This document shows positions 49,068-61,030 of a stretch of 64,000 nt of DNA, in pieces; position 1 is the stretch's first letter, and every line of letters starts with the position of its first letter. The stretch is from Anthoceros angustus (Eukaryota; Plantae; Anthocerotophyta): assembly GCA_010909165.1 (NCBI GenBank), contig MU008154.1, forward strand, positions 620,001-684,000, written 5' to 3'. The position numbers and the translations under genes were made by a program. The notes beneath the pieces are model-generated. The model had not been told where the DNA came from. It was given only the letters and a program-made list of their open reading frames with translations, and ran no database searches.

Positions 49068-49232
49068 TTGAAACACAAGATGTGACCTAGCAAGCAGAGT
49101 TACATTTGCGGGTTAAGAGAAATTTGAAACACAAGATGTGACCTAGCAAGCAGAGAAACTTGAAACAAAAGGTATGACTTAGCAAGCAGACAAAGCTGAA
49201 ACACAAGATGTGAAAGAGCAAGCAGAGAAATC
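49068..49232 (+). repeat. Degenerate tandem repeat (ttgaaacacaagatgtgacctagcaagcagag) x4-5
   Basis: Direct inspection. Confidence 0.8.
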
Positions 49233-49791
49233 TAAAACACGAGACAATTTATGGTCAAGCAGTGGCAACAAAAGCCATGACAGCCGGCAGAGCAAGCAGA
49301 AAATCTCCGATCTCTTCAGATGGATCAAGCCCCTGCGGAAGCCAATTGTTCTGCAAATCGGAGATCAAACGCGCTATGTACATACGTACTTGATACAGAC
49401 TGTACTTGGGTGGTTGGTAGTACCGTGGTACCTAACCCAGATAAGGTTGCACTCTGGCACACATGAAATTCAAGTTTTCCTGGTCTTCATGGTCACGGTC
49501 AAGGCTCGTGACGAACCATGGCCAGCCCAAGGCTCAACTTCTACCAGGATTATTCCACGAATCCGTTGAAAGTCGTGATCAGTCTACGTCCTTCCCTCCT
49601 TCCTTTCGGATACCTTCCACACATGCCTGCTGATGAGCCCGGCACCAGCAAGCCTTAAGCTTTTCCACAACTGCAATCCACACTCCAGACTTGTGAGTCT
49701 TCTGTTTCTGCTCTCAGTTTATTTTCGAAATCGACAACTCCACTTACAATTCCTCAGGCAGCACAATTACTCCACTCAGGCTTCAGCGACC

Positions 49792-49932
49792 ATGGCCATG
49801 GCGAAGCGATCGTCCTCGTCCGCAACGTTCTCTGTGTCTTGATGCTGCTCTCAGCAGTGATGACTGACTAGGCAAAGATCGAGACGTTCAACCCAGCCAG
49901 CTGTGACGGAGCTGCTACCACCGCGTTCTACG
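49792..49932 (+). pseudogene. MiAMP1-like peptide copy 5, frameshifted and truncated
   Basis: 2-nt insertion (gaagcgatcgtcc), GAC-TAG stop, deletion into 3' UTR at 49933; TATA mutated; a 5-site GTAC cluster lies at 49377-49431. Confidence 0.85.
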
Positions 49933-50911
49933 CTTTAGAAGGAGCTGTGCCGGTTTGCTTGTTTTTGTCCTTTTGGTGATGCCTGCACACTCTTGAGGCT
50001 GAGCGTTGTATCGTTTTGATGCTGGCTTCCCCTCAACCGTACCGATGCTAGTTTCGAATTCTCGCAACTTCTTTCCTTGAGCTTCCAGACTGCCTGAGAT
50101 CTCGGCATGGGAGCTCTCCACACTCTCGGTACGTCCTTCCAGCAATTTCAGCAGGTCTGGTTGTTCGAAGCGGACTCCTTCCTGCTCTGTCGACGACTTC
50201 CGTCTCTCACTGCTACCAGATCGCCGCAAACGCATTGTGGGTCTCCCCTTCCTCACCACCACCGATCAGGCAGGTAACCTCCTTCTCTGCCTCCAGCTGC
50301 AGATTGCGGACATCTGTGAAGCTGTTCTGCCTCGACTGCACTCGGACTGTGTTCCCGTGAACCCCGTCCATGCGGAATAAGGCCCTGCGCAGGTGGAACT
50401 TGAGCGGATCATTGCTGCACTGCTATCCGCATTATAATCTGATGCGATACTGCCGCGTCTGAATCCGTTGAAGGCGTTCTTGATATTCCGGAAGGATACA
50501 TTTGGAGGTGGTCCATTGGTACTGAGCTTGACGAGTTTCTCATAGAAACGACGACACAAACAGTACCGAAAACGTCCAATTAGGCTAAGGCATGTATTGG
50601 CACTGACCGCCGGAGACTCCAGCTCAAAATCGTACTTCGCCATTGGGGTTTCGCTTTGTTACTGGGGCACAAAACCTCACAATATTTGTCATCACTTAAG
50701 TGCCCGAAGCAGAGTTCCGGTCAAGGCCAGTAACACGCGCAGCCCAAGGGCCTGAGCTCTACCAGGATTCCACGAATATGTTGAAAGTCGTCATTAGTCT
50801 ACATACCTCCTTCCTTCCTTCCGGATTACCCACCTTCCACACATGCCTGCTTATAAGCCCGGCACCAGCAAGCCCTTCCCACAACTGCAATCCACACTCC
50901 ACACTTGTGAG

Positions 50912-53900
50912 TGTGTGAAAGTGGTTTCCTTTTATGAAGCCATACGATCTGAACAGACGCTCAGACACCGATCCGAACAGACACACCGTTTCATGTTGAG
51001 GCATTCTTAATGCCTCCTCACACTCAATCAAATCACTCTCAAAAAGTCTTCTCACAATTTTTCATCTCCAGCCCTCCATGTTTTAATCACATGGTATCGA
51101 GCATGAAGAAAATCAAACATACTTAGACTCATGATGGAGAGCAAACTCTACGATTGAGACTATCCAACATGGATAGATTCATCTCTCGATGCATGCATTG
51201 TCATGAATGCAATTCTATCGGTAGAAGGAAAATTCCTTCTAACTTTAATAAAACCAGAAGCGATCCTTGTAGACATGTCACACCTCCGGCTGTCTGGATA
51301 AAGAGATACGTGGTCTTATGCACCAAAAGACTACACACAGATTAATCAGGTGCTCAATAAGCTATGCCCAAACTAGAAATCACGAACATAAAACCCAACT
51401 TACTTCACTTTCCACTTATATGGATTGCATTTGCGAATGCGGTGACATCTGAGAATCCTAGACAAGATACAATCACAACTAGAAGTGATGAGTAAAAATC
51501 ATTAATTTCACATATTAGTAAGCACAAGAAAAGCACAATGGCAAACTCCTGGCAAAATGACTGGCGATTGATAAATTGACTAGCGTTAATTATCACTCTT
51601 GGGCTCCCGTATTGAGATGCTTCGCTAAGAAGTTCTACATAGACGATGGTTGATGGCACAGTTAAACCTCCAGCCGACCACGCGACTTACCGCTTGGTTG
51701 GTCAAGGATGCTCAAGCCAGATCTGACATCTTGCTGCATGTTTCAGATAGGTTAATACCTATCATCAAGAGACTACCTACAGCAAAAGCTATGTGGGACA
51801 AACTCAAAACCACATATCATGAGGGGAGCATGGCTTTTAGACTCTATGCTCAAGAACAATTGCAATCAAACAAGCTCATAGAAGGCAATTCTGTCCTAGA
51901 TTTCCTGGAAAGTTGGCAAGCTTCTCTAGATGCAGTTATCTCATCTGGATTAACCTTGGATGATGAGACACAGGTTATGCATCTCCTGAGAGCATTACCA
52001 CAGTCATGGAGTCCTTTTATAACAAAGACAATCAAAGCGATGCAACCCGCAATCCTTTAACCCTTGAGATTCTTATTCCTAGAATTATGCATGAAGCTAG
52101 GTTACGCCAATCCCACCAACCAAGTACTCCAGTAGCGTCTATTGTTGGTGGCAAGCGGCTGGAATAACAAGAAAATCTTCTTCTCAGGAGGATCCCAGCG
52201 GATCTCCTCCCAACAATCCGCACATAGGAATAAGATATGTCATTCTTGTCAAAAACCACATAGCACGATTGCGGAAGAAAAGCGAGATAGAGCAGGTTTA
52301 AAAACCCTACTCCTTCTCACGCCTCTTAATTGCAAACTACAGGTCAAGGCCCTTCTTAGGTATTCTCAACTCGGTCACAAATCTTTGAACTACGATCTAC
52401 CCAAGATTCATGGCTCCTGAGCAGTGGAGCCACGGCACATGACACCGAGGAGGCGGTTCTTTATGAGGCCTTCTGCTCCACAAAGCTGTCTATATGGAGA
52501 TAGCTCTCCCACAAGGCAGTGGGTAAGGGAGTGGTACAGGTACAATTGCAGAACCACATTGTCTTCATCAAAGGCGTCGCATGTGCATGTGCCCGCTCTG
52601 ACTCACATCGGTCACACAAGCCACAAGACAACCCACTACCACAATACAGTTCACTCATAAAGGTTGTCTGATTACGTTCAGACATGCTACAGGACAGCTT
52701 GTCAAGCTTTTCTATCCTCATAGTGGTAAATTATTTTATGTGGCTACAGGCATCTTGCCTCAAACCCTGAGCACAGGCACAACCACACACAGTTTAGTAG
52801 CTTCTAATACAGACACCACAACCACACTTTGGCACGTTTACTTTACACCTTAGCATGCAAGCGAATGAACGCCAAAAATCTCGTTTAGGGTTACGCTAAG
52901 TGGGCACTTTATCACTCTGCCATGGGCGTACTGCAAACACACCCGCCTTATCCTCAATCTCTTACTAAGACAACCGTACTTGAAGTAGTCCATGCAGTTA
53001 TGCGGCCCCATACATGTACCACCTTGAGCGGAAAATTATACATGTTTGTGTTCTTGGATGACTTGATGGACACACCTATACAAGCGAAGTCGAGCGTTTC
53101 CAAGCTTTCAAGCCTTTCAAGCCTATGCCGAAAATCACACAGGCGGAAGATTAAGATCTTCCATATGACAACGAGGAACTAACCGCGCCACAATATGAGG
53201 GCCATCTCTTGTTACACGAAATTCAACACCAGAAGATTGTTCCGTATTCACATCCCCAACTTGGCAAGGCCGAACGCCGAAATCGATCCCTCATGGACGG
53301 GGTGCGGAGTTCTCTTGCTACGGCTTCACTCCCAAATTACTTATGGGCAGAAGCTGCTGCCGCTGTGTGCTATGTTCAGAATCGGTGGGACTTCTACAAT
53401 TGAAGACAAAACGCCTTTTGAGATCTGGACAGGGAAGAAACCGGATGTAAGCCACTTACGTATCTTTGGATGTACCGCTTATAAGTATGTCCCACCAGAA
53501 ATTTGTAAGAAGTGGATCCCCGTCCATCAAACTCACCTTTGTGGGCTATGGCGAGATTCGAGTGAAGGGTTATCGCCTCTTGATCGCCATACTACTTTCA
53601 CCCTAGCCCGTAATGTCATCTTTGATGAAGCTCCACTTCTTGGGCTTCTTTCTTCCGCTTTTCCGACACCGAGGTTTCTAATCCCCTTCCTCACCACCTT
53701 TGAGGCGATGAGATCCTCCATCCATCCATCACGCTTCCCCACCCGTCATCCCACCTCCGAGGACCCTCTGCTCCTCTCCCGGCTCTGCTCCGCCCCGGGG
53801 AAATATGTCTAGTCCAGACAACATGTGGTGAGCAAGATCAACGCAACAACCGCAGCAGGCTGAGAATTCCAGGCGATCAACAAGATCCACCAAAGGCGTA

Positions 53901-55500
53901 CCCAGTGTAAAGTTTCATGACCTTGATTTTAATAAGTCTCACGCTCTTTATAGTGCAGATATTGTTCCAATCAGAGAGGCCCTTGAAGGAACAGAGTCCT
54001 CCTCTTGGAAACAAGCTATGGACAGTGAGTTTAACTCCTTGGTCTCTAATGATACATGGATCCTTGTTGATCCACCACAAGGACAGAACATCGTGGGGAC
54101 CAAGTGGGTACTCAGAAAGAAGCATAACGCTGATGGCTCCTTGGCTAGATTTAAAGCCAGACTGGTTGCAAGAGGATTCACCCAGAAGAAAGGCGTTGAC
54201 TACAGTGAGTCTAACATCTTCAGTCCCGTAGTAAAACTTACATCTCTTCGTGTGATGCTGGCCTTAGCGCTTTGCATGGTCTCTTTATCCATCAACTAGA
54301 TGTGGAGGCGCCTTTCTACATGGCATCTTAAAGGAAGAGATTTCGTTCAACAACCTCCACGGATGAGGTATTAGTCAAGAGAACAAGGTTTGCCTTAAGA
54401 AAACACTTTATGGATTGAAGCAATCTCGAGAGGTATGAGTCTTCACGGTACTTACTTAGCCTATGCTAAATGCTCTGATTCCGATGTTTTCACGAGAAAG
54501 CAGAGGAAATCATATCGATGATGGGCCTTTCGTTGTGATCGATCATGGTATCTAATGATGAGAAGTATTTATCGAATACAAGTCCGACCTTCGTAAGAAT
54601 TCAAAATGACGGATAATGGGAGTATGACTTATTGTCACGTATTCGTGCTCTCGACTTAGTAAAACAATGTCACCTCGTGAACTTGCGAGATGCAATTAAT
54701 TCCTTATGCGGGCGTGGTGGGTAGTGTCGACATCTGGCCCAATACACGATGTAGCTGTCCGAATGGACATCTCTCGATTCTATCTAATCTGGTAAGCTTC
54801 ATTGGGTGCGCCAAAGAGTTTGAGATATCTCCAACGTACTAAAACCCGTGGAATACAGTACAAAGGAGGTTGGAATGCCCAAAACAAGCTTATTGGTGGG
54901 TGGCGTGAGATCACGATGAAATCCACGGTGGTTATGTGTTTATCCTTGCGAGGCTGTGGAAATCGAAAGCAGACATCAATAGCTTTGAGTTCAGCTGAGT
55001 CCGATATATTGCAGCTGCTTACGTAAGGGGAGGGCTTGTACATAGCTCTTAAAGACCTTGGGTATCCACATGATGGACTGTGGAGCTCATGTGATAATGT
55101 GCAATATCGCTCTCCCGAGACATGAGGTTTCATGAGCGTTCTAAGCACATCGAACTACGATATCACTTTCTCCGTGCTAAGGTGGAATCACGGAGAATTG
55201 CTACTCACGTATGTTCCTGAAGACCAACTTCGACATTCTTGAAGCCCTCGGCAAGATCAAGCACCTGCTTTTTGTTCATTGTTAGGCCTTGTAGATTTGT
55301 GAAGTGTTCAGATCATTTAGCTTCAAGGGGTGTGTGGTCCTTTTGTGAAGCACGATCACGAGCAGGGCCACCGAGACACCGATCCAGCACACCGTTTCAT
55401 GTTGAGGCATTCTTAATGCCTCCTCACACTCAATCAAATCACTCTCAAAAAAGTCTTCTCACAATTTTTCATCTCCAGAGCCCTCCATGTTTTAATCACA
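50912..55500 (+). mobile_element. Ty1/Copia LTR retrotransposon C, heavily frameshifted, in the 5'-UTR intron of peptide copy 6
   Basis: LTRs 50912-51091 and 55331-55500 (TG...CA), TSD GTGAG, PBS TGGTATCGAGC, PPT AAGGGG; gag (AKAMWDKLK..Y), integrase and RT fragments. Confidence 0.9.
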
Positions 55501-55505
55501 GTGAG

Positions 55506-55873
55506 TGTTCTCTTTCTGCTCTCAGCTCGTTTGCGAAATCGACAACTCCACTTACAATTCCTCAGGCAGCACTCAACTCGAAGCTCGTCCTTGTCCGCCA
55601 CGTTCTCTGTGTCTTGATGCTTCTGTCAGCAGTGATGACTGATGCGGCAAAGATCGAGACGTTCAACCCGGTGATGGAGGTGCTACCAACACGTTCTCGT
55701 GGGCGAACACACGCGGACTTTTATCGACCGGGGGCATGCGGATCGGTGGAATTGATGGCGGCACCCGTGTGTCCACACAACCGGAGGAACGCAAAGGCTG
55801 ATGGCGTTGCCAGTTCACGGACCGGTGTGTGGCGCAAGGTGCAACCAAGTGCCTATCACGGATTCGTGGTTGA
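55506..55873 (+). pseudogene. MiAMP1-like peptide copy 6, start codon deleted, many indels
   Basis: actcaactc|gaagctcgtcc lacks the ATG region; 50490-58226 duplicates 23820-27110. Confidence 0.85.
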
Positions 55874-55954
55874 ACGTCGCATGTCGCGTCTTCAGAAGCA
55901 CAAGTATGCATAAGGTATGCCCATTTGCAACTCTTTTATCCAACAGAATTGCAT

Positions 55955-56100
55955 GTACTTCTTCAAGCTCCTTAGTTTTAGAAGGAGCTATGGTTTGGTG
56001 GCTGTACTTCTTTAAGCTCTTAGTTTTAGAAGGAGCTATGGTTTGGTGGCTGTACTTCTTCAAGCTCCTTAGTTTTAGAAGGAGCTATGGTTTGGTGCCT
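55955..56100 (+). repeat. 49-bp triplication in the 3' UTR of peptide copy 6
   Basis: gtacttcttcaagctccttagttttagaaggagctatggtttggtggct x3. Confidence 0.85.
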
Positions 56101-56358
56101 GTGGTTCTTTCGGTGATACCTGCACTTTCTTTAAGGCTGAGCGCCGTACCGTTTTGTGCAGGCACTAATCGGATGTGGACACATTGGTCATCACGTGAGA
56201 TGAGCAGAGTTGGGGATACCAACTAATGGAGCTTTTGGCATAGATGTATAGGGATCTATATATGAGAATAAAACAAGTGTACCATCCGAAGAAAAGTTTT
56301 TTAATAAATAAATACTTTTTTTTAAATCCCACCTCTATTTAGTCAATGAAGTGCTTGC

Positions 56359-56497
56359 TTGCTCATTCGCTCAGCCTTTGGATGCAGGTGATTGCTATCA
56401 ATGATAGGTTTCTGGGGCTGATTTTGAATGCAACAACCAACAATATGTTGTGATCAATGTGTGCAATAATCTTGATGAGCCCCTGGTGTTTACCTTG
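56359..56497 (+). pseudogene. SKS copy 4: intron 1 end plus exon 2 fragment
   Basis: Same TTGC junction and same SINE insertion point as copy 3. Confidence 0.85.
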
Positions 56498-58226
56498 ATG
56501 ATGATGATGATCTTTTAGAGAGTGTCGTGAGATCACCACAAAGAGTCTCGCGCGATGACCACACACGAAGGAGGTCGGCATGCCTAGGTAGACGGGAATG
56601 ACTTTTACTAGACTAGGACGACTTTTTATGAGAACAAACTTGCCCAACCGGCCTGAAAGATTATTATTTTTTGTCCAACCGGCTTGAAAGATTATTATTT
56701 TTTGCCCAACTCGACTGAAAGATTATTATTTTTTGCCGAACTGGCCTAAAAGATTACAATATTATTTTTTGCCCAATTAGAGGGTGAAGCGTATTATGGA
56801 TCCGAGCAAGGTGAGATTATACAAAGCCCATCAATCCACGGAAGGGTGTCAAGTTCTAGTAAGAGTGCGATTGTATGGATCCGAGCAAGGCGAGATTATA
56901 CAAAGCCCATCAATCTGCGGAAGGGTGTCAAGTTCCAGTAACAGTGCGGTTGTGTGGATCCAGACAAGGCGAGATTATACAAAGCCTATCAATCCGCGGA
57001 AGGGTGTCACGTCCCAGTACCAGTGCGATATGTGAAAGATTTCCTCCTCCAATAGACCCCGAAGACAGATCTGCAGTCTATATAACTCCATATTGTGCAA
57101 CATCCCCACCGTACGTATCTGCTCAAGAATGCTATTTATCAAGTAGGCGAGATCAGTCAAAGCCTAGTGGACCTCTGCTTGGCTTTTGTATCCTCTGGTG
57201 AATTCCGCACGTTCCTTTCAGGTTGGCTATGGCTCGAGAGCCAACCTCGTGTGACTTTGATACCCTGGAAATTGTTGACTATGCGAATAAAGTGTTTTTG
57301 GATACTGTGATGGAAGTTGTCTCTTTCACTTCTTGAATACAACAATTAATACAAAAGTTAATCAATTGGAAACAAGGGTGATATGGGTCCTCTTCTAAGT
57401 GTGAAAAGGGCCATACTGCAAGTCACTGTTAGCCTTGGGGGCCGTATGTATAGATGCTATGGACTTAGTGGACAACAATTATGCAAAAGACTTAGTGGAT
57501 AAAGCTATGCATTAAGCTAGCAGAGGTAAGGCCACATATAACTCATCTATTTGGATTAAATTTTAATGCAAAGGTATCACAACTTAACAGAAGATAATAT
57601 TGTAAAAGATTATATATATTTTATAATAATATACGTATTAATCTTATGATAGTAAAGATAATACATATTGACCATTTTTAACTTGATAAGACTATATGCA
57701 CAATGATTTGTGTGAAACCATAAAATACTTACAATACCCGTATTCCACCCTGTGAGGTTCATGTAGCTTGCTAACGTATAATAATACGTTAGTGTGTGGA
57801 CATTTAACAAACTTTTCTTCTTCTTCTTGTAGTTTTTAAATAAGAATGTGCATAATACATAATCCATCTTAAAGATAGTCCATGCCACTCTGTACACCTA
57901 CTTAATATTCAGCTGCACTACTAATTGATGTACAATCCTAAGCCCAATGATAAAAACAAGTGGCTGGCTATTACAATGCGAAGCCCATTGATAGAAATAA
58001 GTAATTCAATTCAATGAAAGTGGTCTCATGCATAAAACTCCTTAGCCGCAGTCAACCGTGCCCTAACTCAAGCATGACACTATAGACCACAACCATTACA
58101 TTTTCCTTTTTCGTAATCAACAACATAGGCCACAACCGTCACCTTTTCCTGTTTTGTTATATCTATCCGTTATGTTAGGTTCATCTGATGAGCTCGTTAC
58201 ACTTAGGTTAGCGGACAAGGCTGGGG
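56498..58226 (-). mobile_element. Duplicate of the tail side of the 5S-derived element, cut by a Gypsy LTR
   Basis: Colinear with 25332-27110; interrupted at aaggctgggg|TGTCTTGCG. Confidence 0.85.
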
Positions 58227-59109
58227 TGTCTTGCGAGGTGAAGGCAAGGAAAGTGTCCCGAGTCTTTGGGGCATGGGATTCTGAGTCCTCATGGGGACAC
58301 TTGGGACTAATTGATCGAGGGTGGCCGACCATTTATGATACACCACCACAAGAGGCATGTCCAGAGTCCCAAGTATTGGGCAGGAATGTTAACCACGCAT
58401 ATGGGATGCAGGAATTTGGGGCGATCCACAGGAGTTGTCATGAGGTAAGCACTTGAATTCATATAAGCACTTCCTCGACCAGCAACCAAGCAAACAAATC
58501 TAATACGCAGATATATAGGTGCAAACCAATAACAACATGAGGAAATAGCTCGCACGTCATGGCACAAACACACTCTCCCCACGAGAACAACACGCAAATT
58601 CCTCACACATCGCTCTCGGAGTCATAGCTTTGGCCTCCTCACAACGCTCTTGCATTGCATATCTAGAGGACAAGCTATGATCGAGCTTGTCCTCAATGGA
58701 AGGGTCTATATATACTAGCCCTTGGCATGGCATATTCTAAGATATCCTATTGGCATCGCATATCAAATATCTTAAGAATACACTATAATATCAAGAATAT
58801 ACGCATATTACTTGAGCTTATCCACTTAGCTATTGTATCCTAAGAATACACTATAATATGCAAGGAATATGCCAAAGCATATTACTTGAGCTTATCCACT
58901 TAGCTATTGCTAACCATGCTTAATTAACACTAATCAATGCTTCATTAACATAAACACCTTAGATTAATTAACACTAATCAATGCTTAATTAACATAAGCA
59001 CCTTAGATCAATTAACCCTAATTACTTACTTAAAGATAAGTGATTAGATTAATTAATGCTAATCAAACACTAAACCCAAGTGCAGAGATTAGTATCACAC
59101 GGCATGACA
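58227..59109 (-). mobile_element. Gypsy-type 3' LTR (~880 bp, TG...CA on minus strand)
   Basis: Minus strand starts TGTCATGCC after a G-rich PPT (GGGGGACTC) and ends CGCAAGACA; internal AT-rich tandem repeats. Confidence 0.7.
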
Positions 59110-59783
59110 GAGTCCCCCAATCACACACACATTAATTTCTCCGGACTGAACCTATCTATAAGTCGTTGCACCAAACTGACACATTGCAAGTTATCACAAC
59201 ACAAAAGCCTCATCGGCGGATTAAAAGCACAAAATTAGCGGACTGAAAACCAACTTAGCGGTCACCAAAATGAACATCTTCCCTCACAGGTGATTTGAGC
59301 CACATTGCGGATTGCATGCTGCTCAAAAATGTAATGCCGGTTTGCACAGCTAGGAGTTAGAAACCACGCATTGATTAAGCCCATCAATCCCCGCCTCAAA
59401 CACTCAAATCACAAGATTCCATTGGTTGACAATGTTCTCAAAGGGATTGCGGGAGGACTCTCCTGGACACTGCTAGAGCGACTTCAACAAGCTATTCTCT
59501 ACCTAGCCCTCCTCTTAGTCTCACGCCATCTCCTCCAGTGAAATCGGAATAAGCCTATGAAACAACTAACATAGCTATTACGAAACTAGGCAAAAAGACT
59601 TAAGAACATGAACTAACAAAACCTCACCCACTAATGGTGAGAGACTAAAATGCCGACAGCCAAGGCTTAGGCTACCACAAAAGCGATCCGGACGGCCTGA
59701 GAGTCTGGGCTGGGGAGAGTCCCGGAATTGAGAAGTCCCCTTCACTCAGTCTTCTCTCCCATAGTGACACTTTCATGGCCAAA

Positions 59784-60160
59784 TGCGAGGTGAAGGCAAG
59801 AAAGTGTCCCGAGTCTTTGGGGCCGGGATTGCGAGTCCCTCATGCCGGGACACTCGGGACTCATTCACGGTGGCCAGCCATTTATGGTGGCTACCACAGC
59901 AGAGACATGTCCCGGGAGTCCCAAGTATTCGGGAGAATGTTAGCCACACTGCATATACAGGGACAAGGACAGTCTGGGAGTCCATCACACACACACATTC
60001 ATACAGTCGATTTCTCCGGACACGAACCACTCATAAGTCTTGAGGGACTGCTGAGCAGACATTGCAAGTTATCACAACACGCCTCATTAGCGGTGGATTT
60101 AAGCACAAAATTAGCGGACTCAAAACCAACTCGGCGGATCGGCAAAATGAACATCTTCCT
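59784..60160 (-). mobile_element. Second, internally deleted LTR copy plus duplicated pre-LTR region
   Basis: 59784-59955 matches 58232-58400; 59960-60160 matches 59110-59280; followed on minus by PBS-like TTTGGCCATG. Confidence 0.6.
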
Positions 60161-60207
60161 ACCCTTTAAGCGAGAGCCTAAATGACAGAGGAGCGTGTGG
60201 AGGGGCT

Positions 60208-61030
60208 TTATAAGCGTGCAGGCCCACTCGGCACCTCTTCAAGTGGTGGATCAAGGCAAAACAGATGAAACCCCCCATTGTAGTTATCACACAAAAGCAT
60301 GAGCTCAGGGTCATCGGGCCGCCTACACACCTGGCACGGGTAGTCACTTGGGGGGATCCAATCGCTAGTGACGATTGTAGGATCTAGGTTGGGAAGGTGA
60401 CATGGTGATTCTTCATGTGATCGTAAGTAGTGCGCTCGCCAGCTTTGCGGCAAAGGACAGTTAGTCGACCTCCTTCACTCGCAACACATGTCTGCTGTTG
60501 GAGGTATCCAGCGTGTCCCTTGTTTGGCGCTGAAGATAGATGAAGTCACCGAATTGAAACTTCTTGACTTGTGGAAACTTCCACTTGAGTGTCTGGCGTG
60601 CAGGGTGTCCGTCTTTGGGCTATACGCAGGTTTGCCATTGCCATAGGCATGACCTGCTTGAACAAGGCCACCCGCTGGCCTATGACCTGTGCCCATACAG
60701 CTGGATTATCCAGATCCACGACCTCCTGCAGCTGCTTTGCGATGGCACTTGGTGGCATGGGATCCCTCCCAAATAGTAGGAAGTAAGGACTGAAATGGGC
60801 CAAAGCGGCATGTTTGCTCATTCTATAGCCCATTGCTATAGCGCTCAAGTCCCAATCATCTTGGCGTTTGCAGCGAGTTTGCGGTCCCTTTTTAGCTGCC
60901 ATCCGCTCCTTACCCATGTGGGTGGTCAGTGGTCGGTGGTTCACCAAAGCGTCGAGGAGATCCGGGCACTCTCCTCTAAATTCGAACCACGATCGGTGGG
61001 CATTTATAGCCAAACGCTCAAAATTACGTA
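60208..61030 (-). mobile_element. Gypsy pol remnant: integrase core and C-terminus followed by a PHD finger (frameshifted)
   Basis: (T)DRGSEFRGE, DWD...IAMGYRMSKHAAL..FSPYFLLFGRDP, MPMAMANLRIAQ, RKFQFGDFIYLQRQ, then PCQVCRRPDDPELMLLCD.YNGGFHLFCLDPPLEEVPSG. Confidence 0.85.
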
